Source of the DNA: [Eubacterium] hominis
Lineage (GTDB): Bacteria; Bacillota_I; Bacilli_A; Erysipelotrichales; Erysipelotrichaceae
Assembly (NCBI RefSeq): GCF_014337235.1
Contig: NZ_CP060636.1
Direction: 5' to 3' (one strand)
DNA: 64,000 nt
Part shown: one piece after another, positions 1-10,217 of the stretch
Layout: the number at the start of each line of letters is the position of its first letter
How positions within the stretch are numbered: position 1 is the stretch's first letter
Made by a program: the position numbers and the translations under genes
Notes under the pieces: model-generated
Database searches by the model: none
Seen by the model: the letters and a program-made list of their open reading frames with translations, nothing else
Told to the model about the DNA's origin: nothing

Positions 1-68
1 AATTCTGTATCGCAAAAAGGCATGTTTCAATTGAAAGAACCAGAAAGTCTAAAAAGGAGGAAAAGAAA

Positions 69-440
69 ATGACGAAATCTAAAAAAGTTTTAAGTGCTTT
101 ATTATGTGCTGGTTGCATCACAATGGCAGGAATGAATGTTATGGCTGCTGATTACTCAGCATCTAAGACACAAACAATTGGAACTTCAGTGGGAAGTGCC
201 AAGACAACAGTTAAAGCTACACGTCATACTAGTGGTAATACAAAATGGACTTCATATGATACTGTAGTATTGAATTCTCCTGGAGATATTAAGAATTACT
301 ATACTTCTGAAAAAGCAACTTTGATAACTGATAAGCAATATCAAGTTAATGTAACTCTAAACATGACAAATTATAACTATCAAAGCGGATCCAAAACACT
401 TGGTTATACTTTCAATTTTAATGGTAGTAAGGTGTATTAA
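69..440 (+). CDS. small secreted protein (Sec signal peptide, AxA cleavage site); T/S/N/Y-rich mature region
   Basis: RBS aaaggagg 8 nt upstream of the start; hydrophobic N-terminus MTKSKKVLSALLCAGCITMAGMNVMA/ADYS; sits directly upstream of two ABC exporter genes. Confidence 0.5.
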   Translation: MTKSKKVLSALLCAGCITMAGMNVMAADYSASKTQTIGTSVGSAKTTVKATRHTSGNTKWTSYDTVVLNSPGDIKNYYTSEKATLITDKQYQVNVTLNMTNYNYQSGSKTLGYTFNFNGSKVY

Positions 441-508
441 TGAGTCAGAAAAAGCAAAGAAGGCGAGATAAACTTTTTTTGCTTTTTCATTTTTAAGAGG
501 TGAATAAA

Positions 509-2608
509 GTGGTTAAGATAAAACTATCAAAAATCTTTTTTTTACAAAAATATATTTTAATGTCACTAGACTTAGCGTTTTATAGTGGTCAAATTATTAG
601 TTTTTATGGTGAAAGTGGTTGTGGAAAGACAACCCTTTTAAACACAATCGCATGTAGGAATGATTTCCTTTTAAAATATTATGTAAATGACCAGGATATT
701 TTAAAAATGTCGGATAAAGATAAGAAGAACTATCTTTTTCATCATATAGGATATGTAACACAAGAGCCAGAATTATTAGATGATCTTACAATTAGAAATC
801 ATATGAAACAGATATCTGAAATATATCAGATCAACATGGATACTAGTAAAATAATAAATAAATTAGAAATAGGAAAATTATTAGATAAGTATCCTAATCA
901 GTTATCAGGGGGAGAAAAATTCCGTTGTGCGTTATTGTTATGCATTATGAAAAATACAGATATCATCTTATTAGATGAACCAACAGCTGCATTAGAGGAT
1001 GAGCAGAAAAAGATTGTTATAGAACTATTAGAATATCTGGCATCAAAAGGAAAGACGATCATAATTTCAACGCACGATGATTTGATGATGAAACATAGTG
1101 ATGTATCTTATGAAATAAAAAATCAAGAAATAATCTGTGTGAAAAATAGTACAAATATCGAAGATGGAGGACCATTAAAACGATCATGTCAGAAAAATAC
1201 AAAAGTAGTAACTGATTATATGTTCAAGATGGAAAAACATCATCCATGGTATTATGGAATGTTAAGGGGATTATCTATATTCTGTATTATATTCTGTGCA
1301 CTAAGTTTAGAATTTAGTAATTATGCTTATGAAATAGACGCAAATAATATGAAAAGTACGATGTCTAATGAGTTGACAGTATATAAAAGATTATCTTATT
1401 TTGATGAATATGATTTGCTAGGAACAAATGAACCAATCACACATGAGGAAGTAGATTTTTTAAAGAATTTAGAACATGTGGAAAGAGTTGAATGGCGACT
1501 TGATACAGGTCTAGGAACAAATTTACTATCTGTAAGTGATGAAAATTATTTAAGTGAAGATAATGAATTAGCTGATATTCGCTTATTTAATGAAAGTAAA
1601 CAAATCATAAAGGATAGAACGAAGGATAACATATATGCTTGCACTTATTTACACGATGAAAATTATGATAGCTTCATTGAATATCAATTTAATAATGAAG
1701 GTATTTATTTATCAAAGGACTTAGCAAATTCTTTGACAGATGATTTATCTAGCTTAAAAGGTAAGTATATTAATTTCCAAATGCCAATCCCAGAATATGA
1801 TTCTTATGGGTTTGCATGGATATATGATGAAAATGAACAAGAAGTATTGATACATGTTCATGCTGGAAGTTTTGAAGAACTCACATTGCCGATTGCAGGT
1901 GTTTTAAAAGGAGCTGATATGGGGCTATATACTACTTTTGGAGAATTAATGTATATTGATCGAGATGTAATAGAGCCACTTATTGAAAAACATAAAAAGA
2001 CAGAATCTAGAACAATATATACCATGTTACCCGATAGTAAAGTTTTTTATATTAATGAATTACCTGAAAATGAAAAAGAGAATGTTGCGCATACAGTCGT
2101 GGAAACACCTTGGGAACCAACAGGGTATACAGTAATTGTAGATGACATTGATCATTTAGATGAAGTGATTCAAAATATTAGAGAAGCAGGATTAAGAGTT
2201 GATTCACAATTTGCCAGCTATAAAAGTATTAGCGAATCCACAAAAAATTTACAAAAAGCAGTGAAAATGATTTCCAAAGGAATGTTAGTCATTTTGTTGT
2301 GTATCTATTTGGTAATTAAATATAACAACCGAATAAGAGAACGTAAGATCAATCAATATTATATGCTGCAGTTGAATTTCACAAAAAATGAAATAAGGAA
2401 AGTGAAATTAAAAAGGTACTTAGAGAACACAATCATTGCTTTCATGATATCCTTTATCATATTTATGATACTAATATTCTTATTTGATTATATAGGTATT
2501 GGATTTACTGTATTGAATAAGAAAATCGTTTTCACATTCATATGTGCTAGTGTTATATTAGAATTTATAGTGCCAATAATTTTTGAAAGGAAGATGGGGC
2601 CTAAATGA
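509..2608 (+). CDS. MacB-like ABC transporter, fused ATP-binding domain plus FtsX-type permease (TM1, large extracytoplasmic domain, 3 C-terminal TMs)
   Basis: Walker A GESGCGKT, signature LSGGEKFR, Walker B IILLDEPTAALE, H-loop STHD; C-terminal hydrophobic helices; GTG start at 509 preferred over 500 for RBS spacing (aagagg). Confidence 0.75.
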   Translation: MVKIKLSKIFFLQKYILMSLDLAFYSGQIISFYGESGCGKTTLLNTIACRNDFLLKYYVNDQDILKMSDKDKKNYLFHHIGYVTQEPELLDDLTIRNHMKQISEIYQINMDTSKIINKLEIGKLLDKYPNQLSGGEKFRCALLLCIMKNTDIILLDEPTAALEDEQKKIVIELLEYLASKGKTIIISTHDDLMMKHSDVSYEIKNQEIICVKNSTNIEDGGPLKRSCQKNTKVVTDYMFKMEKHHPWYYGMLRGLSIFCIIFCALSLEFSNYAYEIDANNMKSTMSNELTVYKRLSYFDEYDLLGTNEPITHEEVDFLKNLEHVERVEWRLDTGLGTNLLSVSDENYLSEDNELADIRLFNESKQIIKDRTKDNIYACTYLHDENYDSFIEYQFNNEGIYLSKDLANSLTDDLSSLKGKYINFQMPIPEYDSYGFAWIYDENEQEVLIHVHAGSFEELTLPIAGVLKGADMGLYTTFGELMYIDRDVIEPLIEKHKKTESRTIYTMLPDSKVFYINELPENEKENVAHTVVETPWEPTGYTVIVDDIDHLDEVIQNIREAGLRVDSQFASYKSISESTKNLQKAVKMISKGMLVILLCIYLVIKYNNRIRERKINQYYMLQLNFTKNEIRKVKLKRYLENTIIAFMISFIIFMILIFLFDYIGIGFTVLNKKIVFTFICASVILEFIVPIIFERKMGPK

Positions 2609-4464
2609 TTGAAATAAAAAATATTCATATTGCATATCAGAATGAAGAACTAATCAAAGATGGATCTTTATCTTTTTCAGATGGAACTGTAAATGTAATC
2701 ATAGGGAAAAGCGGCATTGGGAAAACAGCTCTTTTATATCATATCGGATGTATTTCTGCAAAACATGATGAAACTTATAAAATTGACGGAGAGGAAATAG
2801 ATTTAAATAATGAATATGCAATCAGCCAAATTAGAAGGCAAAAGTTTGCCTATCTGTTGCAGGACTATATTTTATTTGATCAATATGATGTATTAGGTAA
2901 TTTAAAATTATATGCATCATTTAAAGGTCTGGAATATACGCAACAAGAATATCAAGAAATGCTGTCTATGGTAGGATTATCTGTTTCCCTTCATCAGGAT
3001 ATTACAACGTTATCTGGTGGTGAAAGACAAAGATTAGCGATTGCTTGTACCTTGTGTAAAAAACCTGAGATACTATTACTGGATGAGCCATCTAGTGCTT
3101 TAGATAAAGAGAATGAAAAGGTATTATTTGAAGTTCTAAGACGCCTTGCATATGAAAAGAAGCTTTGTATCATTATGGTCAGCCATAGTCAAACAGCAAA
3201 AGCATATGCGGATAAATTATATACAATCGAAGATCAAACAATAAAATGTTTAAAAGATACTTCGATAAACATTAACCATGAGGATACAGATCAAATGCAG
3301 CCATTACATTTGAGTTTCTATACATCTTACATAAAATATTTCTTTCTGAAATTTAGAAAACTGAACGTTTTTATGATGGCGATGTTGGTGATTGCGATTA
3401 GTTGTCTATGTGGTTCATTAACATATTATGATATTTATGCGAATAAGAGCTTTTCTGAATTAGAAAGCATTAGTAACAAACAGCTATTGATTACATCATC
3501 AAAAGATAATATTTACTTGGATCAACAGATAGATTATCTTAACGAAAAAGATATACAAAAATTTAGAGATTCAACAATAGAGTTACATCCATATTATCAA
3601 ATGTATGCATCAGTGATAGGACAAAATGAATGTATCATATTGCCATATTTTGATGATTTTCATATGAATGATGATTTATTTAAAACTTTAAATGGTGTCG
3701 CAGAGCATGGTATATATTTAAGTAACGATTTTTACTTAGGATTATCAGAAACAGATATTAAAGACAACAAGCTGCCAATGGATATACTTATACGAGAACA
3801 TAAAGGTGAAAAAGTAAAACAACATGTTCTGACAATTCAGATAGATGTAAAAGGAGTATTAGGTAGTAAAGAAAAGGTTTCTTATCTTCAAAATAGCACC
3901 AATTATATTTATATGTATTATAAAGATATGGAAAAGATGTATAAGCAAACGTCTGATAGTGATCAATATATTGCATATATTGCTACAGCAGACAGGTTTG
4001 AATATCTGGTTAATTTAAAAGAAAAAGTTTTATCAAATGGACTGGGAGTGAATGAGGGAACAATTGATATGCAATCACTTCAAGATACCCTCACAACCAG
4101 AGAGAAAATGCAAATGATGTTAGCTTGTGGTATTGCATTTATTTTTATCATGATTAATCTTTTCCAGCAATTGAATTATTTGTATAAGAGAAAAAAAGAA
4201 TTCGCTTTATTGATGATCAATGGACTGGCAAAAAGAAATCTAATATGGCTATGCCTTTTAGAACTGATAATGAAATTTGTGATAACAATGATTCTAGGAT
4301 TTATTATATTGGCAATAGGTGGAGTCTGTTTAAATGTTATGGATATATTGCTTGCGAATATAAAATTTGCGATATTAATGATATTCTTACTATTGGTATC
4401 AGTGATTACTACATATGCTTTATTCATTCAAAGATACACGCCAGAAAGTATATTAAGAGAGTAA
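2605..4464 (+). CDS. MacB-like ABC transporter, fused ATP-binding domain plus FtsX-type permease (second subunit)
   Basis: Walker A GKSGIGKT, signature LSGGERQR, Walker B LLLDEPSSALD; TM helix ~res 245-265 and 3 C-terminal TMs; start overlaps upstream stop (ATGA). Confidence 0.75.
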   Translation: MIEIKNIHIAYQNEELIKDGSLSFSDGTVNVIIGKSGIGKTALLYHIGCISAKHDETYKIDGEEIDLNNEYAISQIRRQKFAYLLQDYILFDQYDVLGNLKLYASFKGLEYTQQEYQEMLSMVGLSVSLHQDITTLSGGERQRLAIACTLCKKPEILLLDEPSSALDKENEKVLFEVLRRLAYEKKLCIIMVSHSQTAKAYADKLYTIEDQTIKCLKDTSININHEDTDQMQPLHLSFYTSYIKYFFLKFRKLNVFMMAMLVIAISCLCGSLTYYDIYANKSFSELESISNKQLLITSSKDNIYLDQQIDYLNEKDIQKFRDSTIELHPYYQMYASVIGQNECIILPYFDDFHMNDDLFKTLNGVAEHGIYLSNDFYLGLSETDIKDNKLPMDILIREHKGEKVKQHVLTIQIDVKGVLGSKEKVSYLQNSTNYIYMYYKDMEKMYKQTSDSDQYIAYIATADRFEYLVNLKEKVLSNGLGVNEGTIDMQSLQDTLTTREKMQMMLACGIAFIFIMINLFQQLNYLYKRKKEFALLMINGLAKRNLIWLCLLELIMKFVITMILGFIILAIGGVCLNVMDILLANIKFAILMIFLLLVSVITTYALFIQRYTPESILRE

Positions 4465-4465
4465 A

Positions 4466-4496
4466 AAATCATGGATATAGGGTCCATGATTTTTTA
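4466..4496 (+). terminator. rho-independent terminator after the ABC pair
   Basis: atcatgga-tatagggt-tccatgat hairpin followed by TTTTT. Confidence 0.6.
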
Positions 4497-4782
4497 AATA
4501 TATTCGATAGGTAAAGCAAGTAAATCTTCTTTAAGATATGTCTTTTTATCATATTGGCAAAGGATAATGCCATTACCAATATTTTTATCAGAAATTTTGT
4601 TTAATACATCGAAATTTTTTGCCATTGTTTTTATAGGATTGGCAGTCATTTTTATTTCAATAGGATATATATAGTCAAGAAATTAATCGCCTATTATTTC
4701 GGCTAATTTAGAGTCTGACTCTAGATTAGCCGAATATTAGATAAAAGCAACTGTTTGATAAAAGAAATTAGATATTTGTAAA

Positions 4783-4815
4783 TCAAAAAACCATCCTCCT
4801 TCACGAGAATGGTTT
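4783..4815 (-). terminator. rho-independent terminator of the FAD-oxidoreductase gene
   Basis: minus-strand hairpin aaccattctcgtgaaggaggatggtt followed by TTTTT. Confidence 0.55.
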
Positions 4816-4823
4816 TCTTACAA

Positions 4824-6194
4824 TTACTTGTTTTCGTATAGGTATCTGGCAACGTAAACACCAGATGCACTTGCATGGGATAGGGAATGTGTTACGCCAC
4901 TACAATCTCCAATGACAAACAATCCTTCATGTTTTGTTTCTAGATGCTCATCGATTTCTACTTCCAGATTGTAGAATTTAACTTCTACACCATACAATAA
5001 TGTATCATCGTTTGCTGTACCAGGTGCGACTTTATCTAACTGATAAATCATTTCGATAATATCATCCAATTGACGTTTTGGAATTACAAGGCTTAAATCA
5101 CCAGGTGTTGCGGACAATGTTGGTGTCACAAAGCTTTCTGCGATTCTTCCAGCAGTACTTCTTTGACCACGAATTAAATCCCCAAAGCGCTGAACGATAA
5201 CACCACCACCAAGCATATTGCTTAAACGGGCAATACTTTCACCATAACCATTACTGTCCTTAAAAGGCTCTGTAAAGTGGTTGCTGACAAGTAAAGCAAA
5301 GTTTGTGTTCTCCGTATAACGGTTAGGATCCTCATAACTGTGACCATTTACAGTAATAATTCCATTGGTGTTTTCGCTAACAACAACACCTCTTGGATTC
5401 ATACAGAATGTCCTTACCTTATCCTGAAATTTTTGCGTACGATATACAATTTTACTTTCATATAGTTCATCTGTTAAATGAGAGAAGATACTATAAGGAA
5501 GCTCTACACGCACTCCAATGTCTACACGATTACTCTTTGTTTTGATACCTAATGTATCACAGACGTTACCCATCCATTTACTTCCACTTCTTCCTGTAGA
5601 GATAATACATTTTTTACCAGTGTATACCTGATCACCACTATGTAATGCATAACCATCTTCTAGTTTTTCCACGGAATCAATGTGGGTATTAAAATGAATT
5701 TCTACTCTTTCTTTCAGTTGTTCATATAGATTTTTTAAAACGACATAGTTCTTATCTGTACCCAGATGACGTACCTGTGCTTCTAATAAATGTAAATCAT
5801 TCTGCATACATTCTTTCTTCAACTTGGTATTACCTGTTGAGTACAGCTTTGTTCCTTCGCCACCGTTTTCAATATTGATCTTATCCACATATTCCATTAA
5901 ATCAATTGCCTGTTTTCTTCCCAGATATTCATAAAGTGTACCACCAAATTGATTGGTAATATTATATTTTCCATCAGAGAACGCACCAGCACCACCAAAT
6001 CCATTCATAATTGCGCAGGTTTTACAATTGATACATGATTTAATCTTCACACCATCAATCGGACATTTTCTTTTTTCTAAAGGATTACCTGTTTCAAACA
6101 GACCAATTTTTAATTCCGGCTGTAAACGTAAAGCTTCATAAGCAGAGAAGATACCACCAGGTCCAGCACCTACAATCACTAAGTCAAAATCCAT
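4824..6194 (-). CDS. FAD-dependent oxidoreductase (COG2509-like, with Cys-rich CxxCxxC segment)
   Basis: N-terminal Rossmann dinucleotide motif DLVIVGAGPGG; CINCKTCAIMNG cysteine cluster; 456 aa. Confidence 0.6.
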   Translation of the reverse strand: MDFDLVIVGAGPGGIFSAYEALRLQPELKIGLFETGNPLEKRKCPIDGVKIKSCINCKTCAIMNGFGGAGAFSDGKYNITNQFGGTLYEYLGRKQAIDLMEYVDKINIENGGEGTKLYSTGNTKLKKECMQNDLHLLEAQVRHLGTDKNYVVLKNLYEQLKERVEIHFNTHIDSVEKLEDGYALHSGDQVYTGKKCIISTGRSGSKWMGNVCDTLGIKTKSNRVDIGVRVELPYSIFSHLTDELYESKIVYRTQKFQDKVRTFCMNPRGVVVSENTNGIITVNGHSYEDPNRYTENTNFALLVSNHFTEPFKDSNGYGESIARLSNMLGGGVIVQRFGDLIRGQRSTAGRIAESFVTPTLSATPGDLSLVIPKRQLDDIIEMIYQLDKVAPGTANDDTLLYGVEVKFYNLEVEIDEHLETKHEGLFVIGDCSGVTHSLSHASASGVYVARYLYENK

Positions 6195-6353
6195 AAGACA
6201 CCTCCATATTTTCTTTCTTTTACGGGAACCTCACGAGATTTCCCAAAGTATTTTATCATATTTATAAAATAAAGCCAGTATTATTTATGAAAACTTTATG
6301 AAAACGCTTGCGGAGTAGTAAAGAAAAGGCCTTTTGGCCTTTTGTATTGTTAA

Positions 6354-7139
6354 TTATTGTAAGAATCTAAATTCTCCAAATGAGGATGCAACATGGAAAT
6401 CAGGATTTGCGGTTTTAGGATCAACCCAGGAAATCCATTCTATCTTAGGATCCTTGCCAGAGGCTTCTGGTTTAGAAAATTCTGCACGATAAATACCCGC
6501 ACGCATGACATCATGATTGATTAATTTTAAATCTTGTAAAGATTTCATTGGAATCTTGCCTTCCACAATATAACCATCATCTGTTACTGTGGCTTTTGTT
6601 TCCAAACCTTCCATATTCCATTTACCATCAAACTTTCGATAATATTCGATAGAGTAATCGTGAACACGGCCTTTTGGATCAATTTCTAAACCGTAATATT
6701 TCTCCATGCCATCAGGACCAGGTTTATCAATGTAAGATCCCGCAAAGAATAGTTCTACACGATCTTCCATATCAACAGTACTCTCATCATCTTTCCAATT
6801 ATCATCCTGAAGTACTTCGCTATCTTTTACTGTAAAACAGAAATAGAAATTATCCTTATCATGGTATCCTTTAAATTCTGTGTATGGAGCTTCTTTTTTA
6901 TCCCATGGAAAATGAAAACCACCGGCTATAGCTGGAATATCCTTCCATACTTCATCATCCAGCTTGCCATCAACGTTAATTGATTTATCTCGTTTGACGA
7001 CATCATAGTGGGATGTAGAAGCTTCATTATAAGCAATCGTAGGTGTAGTAGGTGAAGAACTGCTGTTTGAGGAGCATCCGCCTAAAGCAAACATCGATGC
7101 GGCAAGAGCCAGCGTTGTCATGTACGTAAACTTTTTCAT
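6354..7139 (-). CDS. lipoprotein with carbohydrate-binding-module-family-9/DOMON-like domain
   Basis: lipobox LALGGC/SS; DGKLDDEVWKDIP motif typical of CBM9-like domains; RBS aaaggagaa upstream of MKKFTYM start. Confidence 0.5.
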   Translation of the reverse strand: MKKFTYMTTLALAASMFALGGCSSNSSSSPTTPTIAYNEASTSHYDVVKRDKSINVDGKLDDEVWKDIPAIAGGFHFPWDKKEAPYTEFKGYHDKDNFYFCFTVKDSEVLQDDNWKDDESTVDMEDRVELFFAGSYIDKPGPDGMEKYYGLEIDPKGRVHDYSIEYYRKFDGKWNMEGLETKATVTDDGYIVEGKIPMKSLQDLKLINHDVMRAGIYRAEFSKPEASGKDPKIEWISWVDPKTANPDFHVASSFGEFRFLQ

Positions 7140-7280
7140 GGTAAAATTCTCCTTTCTACCTAACTTCATTATATCATGCATTATGTATATTTCAAGATAA
7201 AATGTAAACGCTTTCGTATGATGAAAATGTGATGTATATTATGCATGCAGTTGGTAATACTTTCCAATGAGGTGAAACGA

Positions 7281-7664
7281 ATGAAGAAAAGATATATTGC
7301 GTGTTTCTTAGTTTTCTGGGTATGCATTTGTACCATACATATTAGTGGACAGTCACAGCCAGTGGCATTTGAGATCCGTTATGATTCTAAAACAAAGGAA
7401 ACATATCAGGTAAAGAAGAATATGATGAACACTTTTGAGGATTTAGTAAGTGGCCTGCATGAGGATGATCAAAATACCATGGTTATATATAATATAGAAA
7501 GATTTTCTGATAAAAACATCAAGGCGGAATGGAAAGGCAAACTTGTCTTAACACAGGGTGATGGTAAAGGTATCGTGCTGCGTGGTGATTTAATTAATCA
7601 GGCGTACTGTATAGAAAAGGTACAACCAAGAAGTTTCTTACAGAAATTATTTTCTGGGAAATGA
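7281..7664 (+). CDS. hypothetical secreted/membrane-anchored protein
   Basis: RBS aatgaggtgaaacga before MKKRYIAC; N-terminal hydrophobic segment; no recognisable domain. Confidence 0.4.
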   Translation: MKKRYIACFLVFWVCICTIHISGQSQPVAFEIRYDSKTKETYQVKKNMMNTFEDLVSGLHEDDQNTMVIYNIERFSDKNIKAEWKGKLVLTQGDGKGIVLRGDLINQAYCIEKVQPRSFLQKLFSGK

Positions 7665-7786
7665 ACAATAATGAATGAGAAAGTTATATTGTGGATAGGG
7701 AGTACAGGCTCCTTACATAAAATGGCTTTCTTTTTTTGATAATATGCAAAGAGGCAGTAAACTTTGCGTTAGTACAGTTTACAAAT

Positions 7787-7901
7787 CTACAAATGCCGGA
7801 ACAAACTTACTACAAATGCCGGAACAAACTTGCTACAAATGCCGGAACAAACTTGCTACAAATGCCGGAACAAACTTGCTACAAATGCCGGAACAAAGCT
7901 T
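7787..7901. repeat. perfect tandem repeat, 5 x 23 bp (CTACAAATGCCGGAACAAACTTG, first and last copies differing by 1-2 nt)
   Basis: read directly in the sequence between two convergent genes; GC-richer than its flanks. Confidence 0.9.
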
Positions 7902-7984
7902 ATAGAATCTCTTTATGCAAAATAAAAAGCAGAAATATTTAATGATGAAATATTCCTGCTTATATAAGGCATTATCACTGTAAA

Positions 7985-8560
7985 CTATTTGTTTTTATTA
8001 TTAATCTCTTGTTTAGGAAAGACAAAACTTTGTTCATGTATTTGTTCGTTTTCACCTTTTGGAGATTTGAATGATAAAGAAATACTAAAGAATTCATCTT
8101 CATTAGAGAGTAGTGAATTTTGAATATCTTTTGTGATCTTTTCCTTTATAAGGATTTCACTTTCTTCTTGATCTTTAATATCCAATTTATATAATTGATC
8201 ACAAGGATATACTGAGGACTCGTTCGTATTAGGATTAATCGTTACCTTGAAAGGATATTCAGTATAGAAAATATTTAATTCATTTAAAGAGTAAAACTCA
8301 GGAGCGATAGTAAATTTCACTTTAGCTGTTAGATAATCATTTTCTATATAAATATTTGAAATTTCAATATCTTTAAAAGAATCTATTGGATTTAATATCA
8401 TTTTATTCTTTTTCAATATTTCAGTGTTTATACAGGTTTTATCTTCTATGTTACATGATGTTTTTTCTTTTGAATTTAATGAGAATAAAGTGATAAAAAT
8501 GATTAACACACAGATGCCAATCAATATAAATAGTTTAATCGATGTCTTCGTTTTTTTCAT
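7985..8560 (-). CDS. hypothetical membrane-anchored extracellular protein
   Basis: RBS gtgaggga before MKKTKTSIK; single N-terminal TM; no recognisable domain. Confidence 0.4.
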   Translation of the reverse strand: MKKTKTSIKLFILIGICVLIIFITLFSLNSKEKTSCNIEDKTCINTEILKKNKMILNPIDSFKDIEISNIYIENDYLTAKVKFTIAPEFYSLNELNIFYTEYPFKVTINPNTNESSVYPCDQLYKLDIKDQEESEILIKEKITKDIQNSLLSNEDEFFSISLSFKSPKGENEQIHEQSFVFPKQEINNKNK

Positions 8561-9330
8561 AAATATATCCCTCACTTACATTTATATATGGTTATCATTC
8601 TTATGCTTTTGTTTTCTTTATATAAAGTCTGAAAACGTTTTCTAAAATAATTTTAACATAAATTAGTTAATTGTAAATAAAATAATATTATGTTTTACGA
8701 TTTTTTATTTAATCGAACTCATTTTGATATAATGGCATTGGAGATGGTAAAATGGGGAAAATACAAATTATTTCTTTCTTCAAGCTTGATTTACTAATTT
8801 TAAATATCTTCCATTAAAATCGAACAAGAAACTTTGATGATTCTTATTTTGTTGTTAAGAGGATGATGACGACTTATAATCAAAAAAAACAGTAGTACAT
8901 AATAATATCCCTAAAGCTCATGTGCTGGAAGATAAGATTTCACGTATGCTTACAATCAAGAAAGTAGGGTGTGCATCCATACAATTCAATTCATAATCAA
9001 TCGTACTTAAATAATCGTGATTATTCATTCTTAGAAATATCATAATGGAAATCATGAGTCCTATAGTGATGAGTTTGGATTTATTGGTTCTAATCATAAT
9101 CGTTTCTCCATATTTTTTGCGCAAGAATTATCTGTAAATATCATAAAAGAAAAAACTTAGCTTTATATAAGGATAATATAGATTAAGTGAAAATTAAGAA
9201 AATGCATACCATACACAATACATATATATAGGAAAGAGAAAAATCTTTCCTAATTGAAATATTTTCTTTGATTAGACCATGGGATATGGGAAATGATATA
9301 ATAGAAATGTTGAGGAAAGAGGTATGGTAT

Positions 9331-10206
9331 ATGAAAACAACGAATAAAGAAGCACTGATTGATATTTTATGGATTCTTGCTGGAAATTTGTTTTTGGCGA
9401 TTGGTGTCGCATGGTTTATTCTACCGAATAATGTATTAACAGGAGGATTGGCTGGCGTCGCAATTGCACTAGAACCGTTGTTTCATATACAACCAGAATT
9501 TATGATCAATGCATTAACAGTCGTGCTGTTTCTTGCGGGGGCAGTCATTCTTGGTAAGAAATTCGCAATGAAAACGATATTAAGCACGATTTTATATCCT
9601 ACCTTATTATCTGTGATGTCTTATCTGGCAAGTGAAGTCATTGCGCCGGATACCTTCATTATGGATAAATATTTGGCAACCATTTATGGTGGTGCGTTGA
9701 TGGGAATTGGTATTGGATGTGTATTTCGTACAGGGGCAAGTACAGGTGGTATGGATATCCCACCGTTGATCGTGAATAAATATACGCATATTCCACTACC
9801 GACTTTGGTATTGATCACGGATGCGTTAACGGTTTTATTAGGTGTGTTTACCTATAATCTTCAGGCAGCTTTGACTGGTATCTTATCGGTTTGGGTAAGC
9901 AGTATGCTGATTGATAAAACGATGATGATTGGTGGACATAAAGCACAAAGTGTTATGATTATCTCTGAGAAGTATGAAGAGCTGATGGATATGATTCATG
10001 ATGAATTGGAACGAGGTACAACGATTATTCAGGCGATGGGTGGATTCTCTAAGGAGAAAAAACCAGTGATTATGGTCGTTGTTAGTAAAAAACAGTTGCC
10101 ACAATTACAGTATATGATTGCGCATGCGGATCCGGAAGCCTTTGTAATCGTTACTGAAACCAATGAGGTACAGGGATTAGGCTTTACATATGAAGAAGAA
10201 CTATAA
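9331..10206 (+). CDS. YitT family membrane protein (DUF161 with C-terminal DUF2179)
   Basis: multi-pass membrane N-terminal half and the typical C-terminal soluble domain; RBS gaggaaagagg. Confidence 0.7.
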   Translation: MKTTNKEALIDILWILAGNLFLAIGVAWFILPNNVLTGGLAGVAIALEPLFHIQPEFMINALTVVLFLAGAVILGKKFAMKTILSTILYPTLLSVMSYLASEVIAPDTFIMDKYLATIYGGALMGIGIGCVFRTGASTGGMDIPPLIVNKYTHIPLPTLVLITDALTVLLGVFTYNLQAALTGILSVWVSSMLIDKTMMIGGHKAQSVMIISEKYEELMDMIHDELERGTTIIQAMGGFSKEKKPVIMVVVSKKQLPQLQYMIAHADPEAFVIVTETNEVQGLGFTYEEEL

Positions 10207-10217
10207 GGGAGGACATT

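Noticed and set aside
7787-7901. possible CRISPR array
   Set aside because: The units are directly contiguous with no unique spacers, and there are no cas genes. It is a minisatellite, not CRISPR.
7736-7942. 68-aa ORF
   Set aside because: Its reading frame is produced by the 23-bp tandem repeat (repetitive translation LQMPEQT...). There is no RBS and it sits between convergent genes, so I treat it as non-coding repeat DNA.
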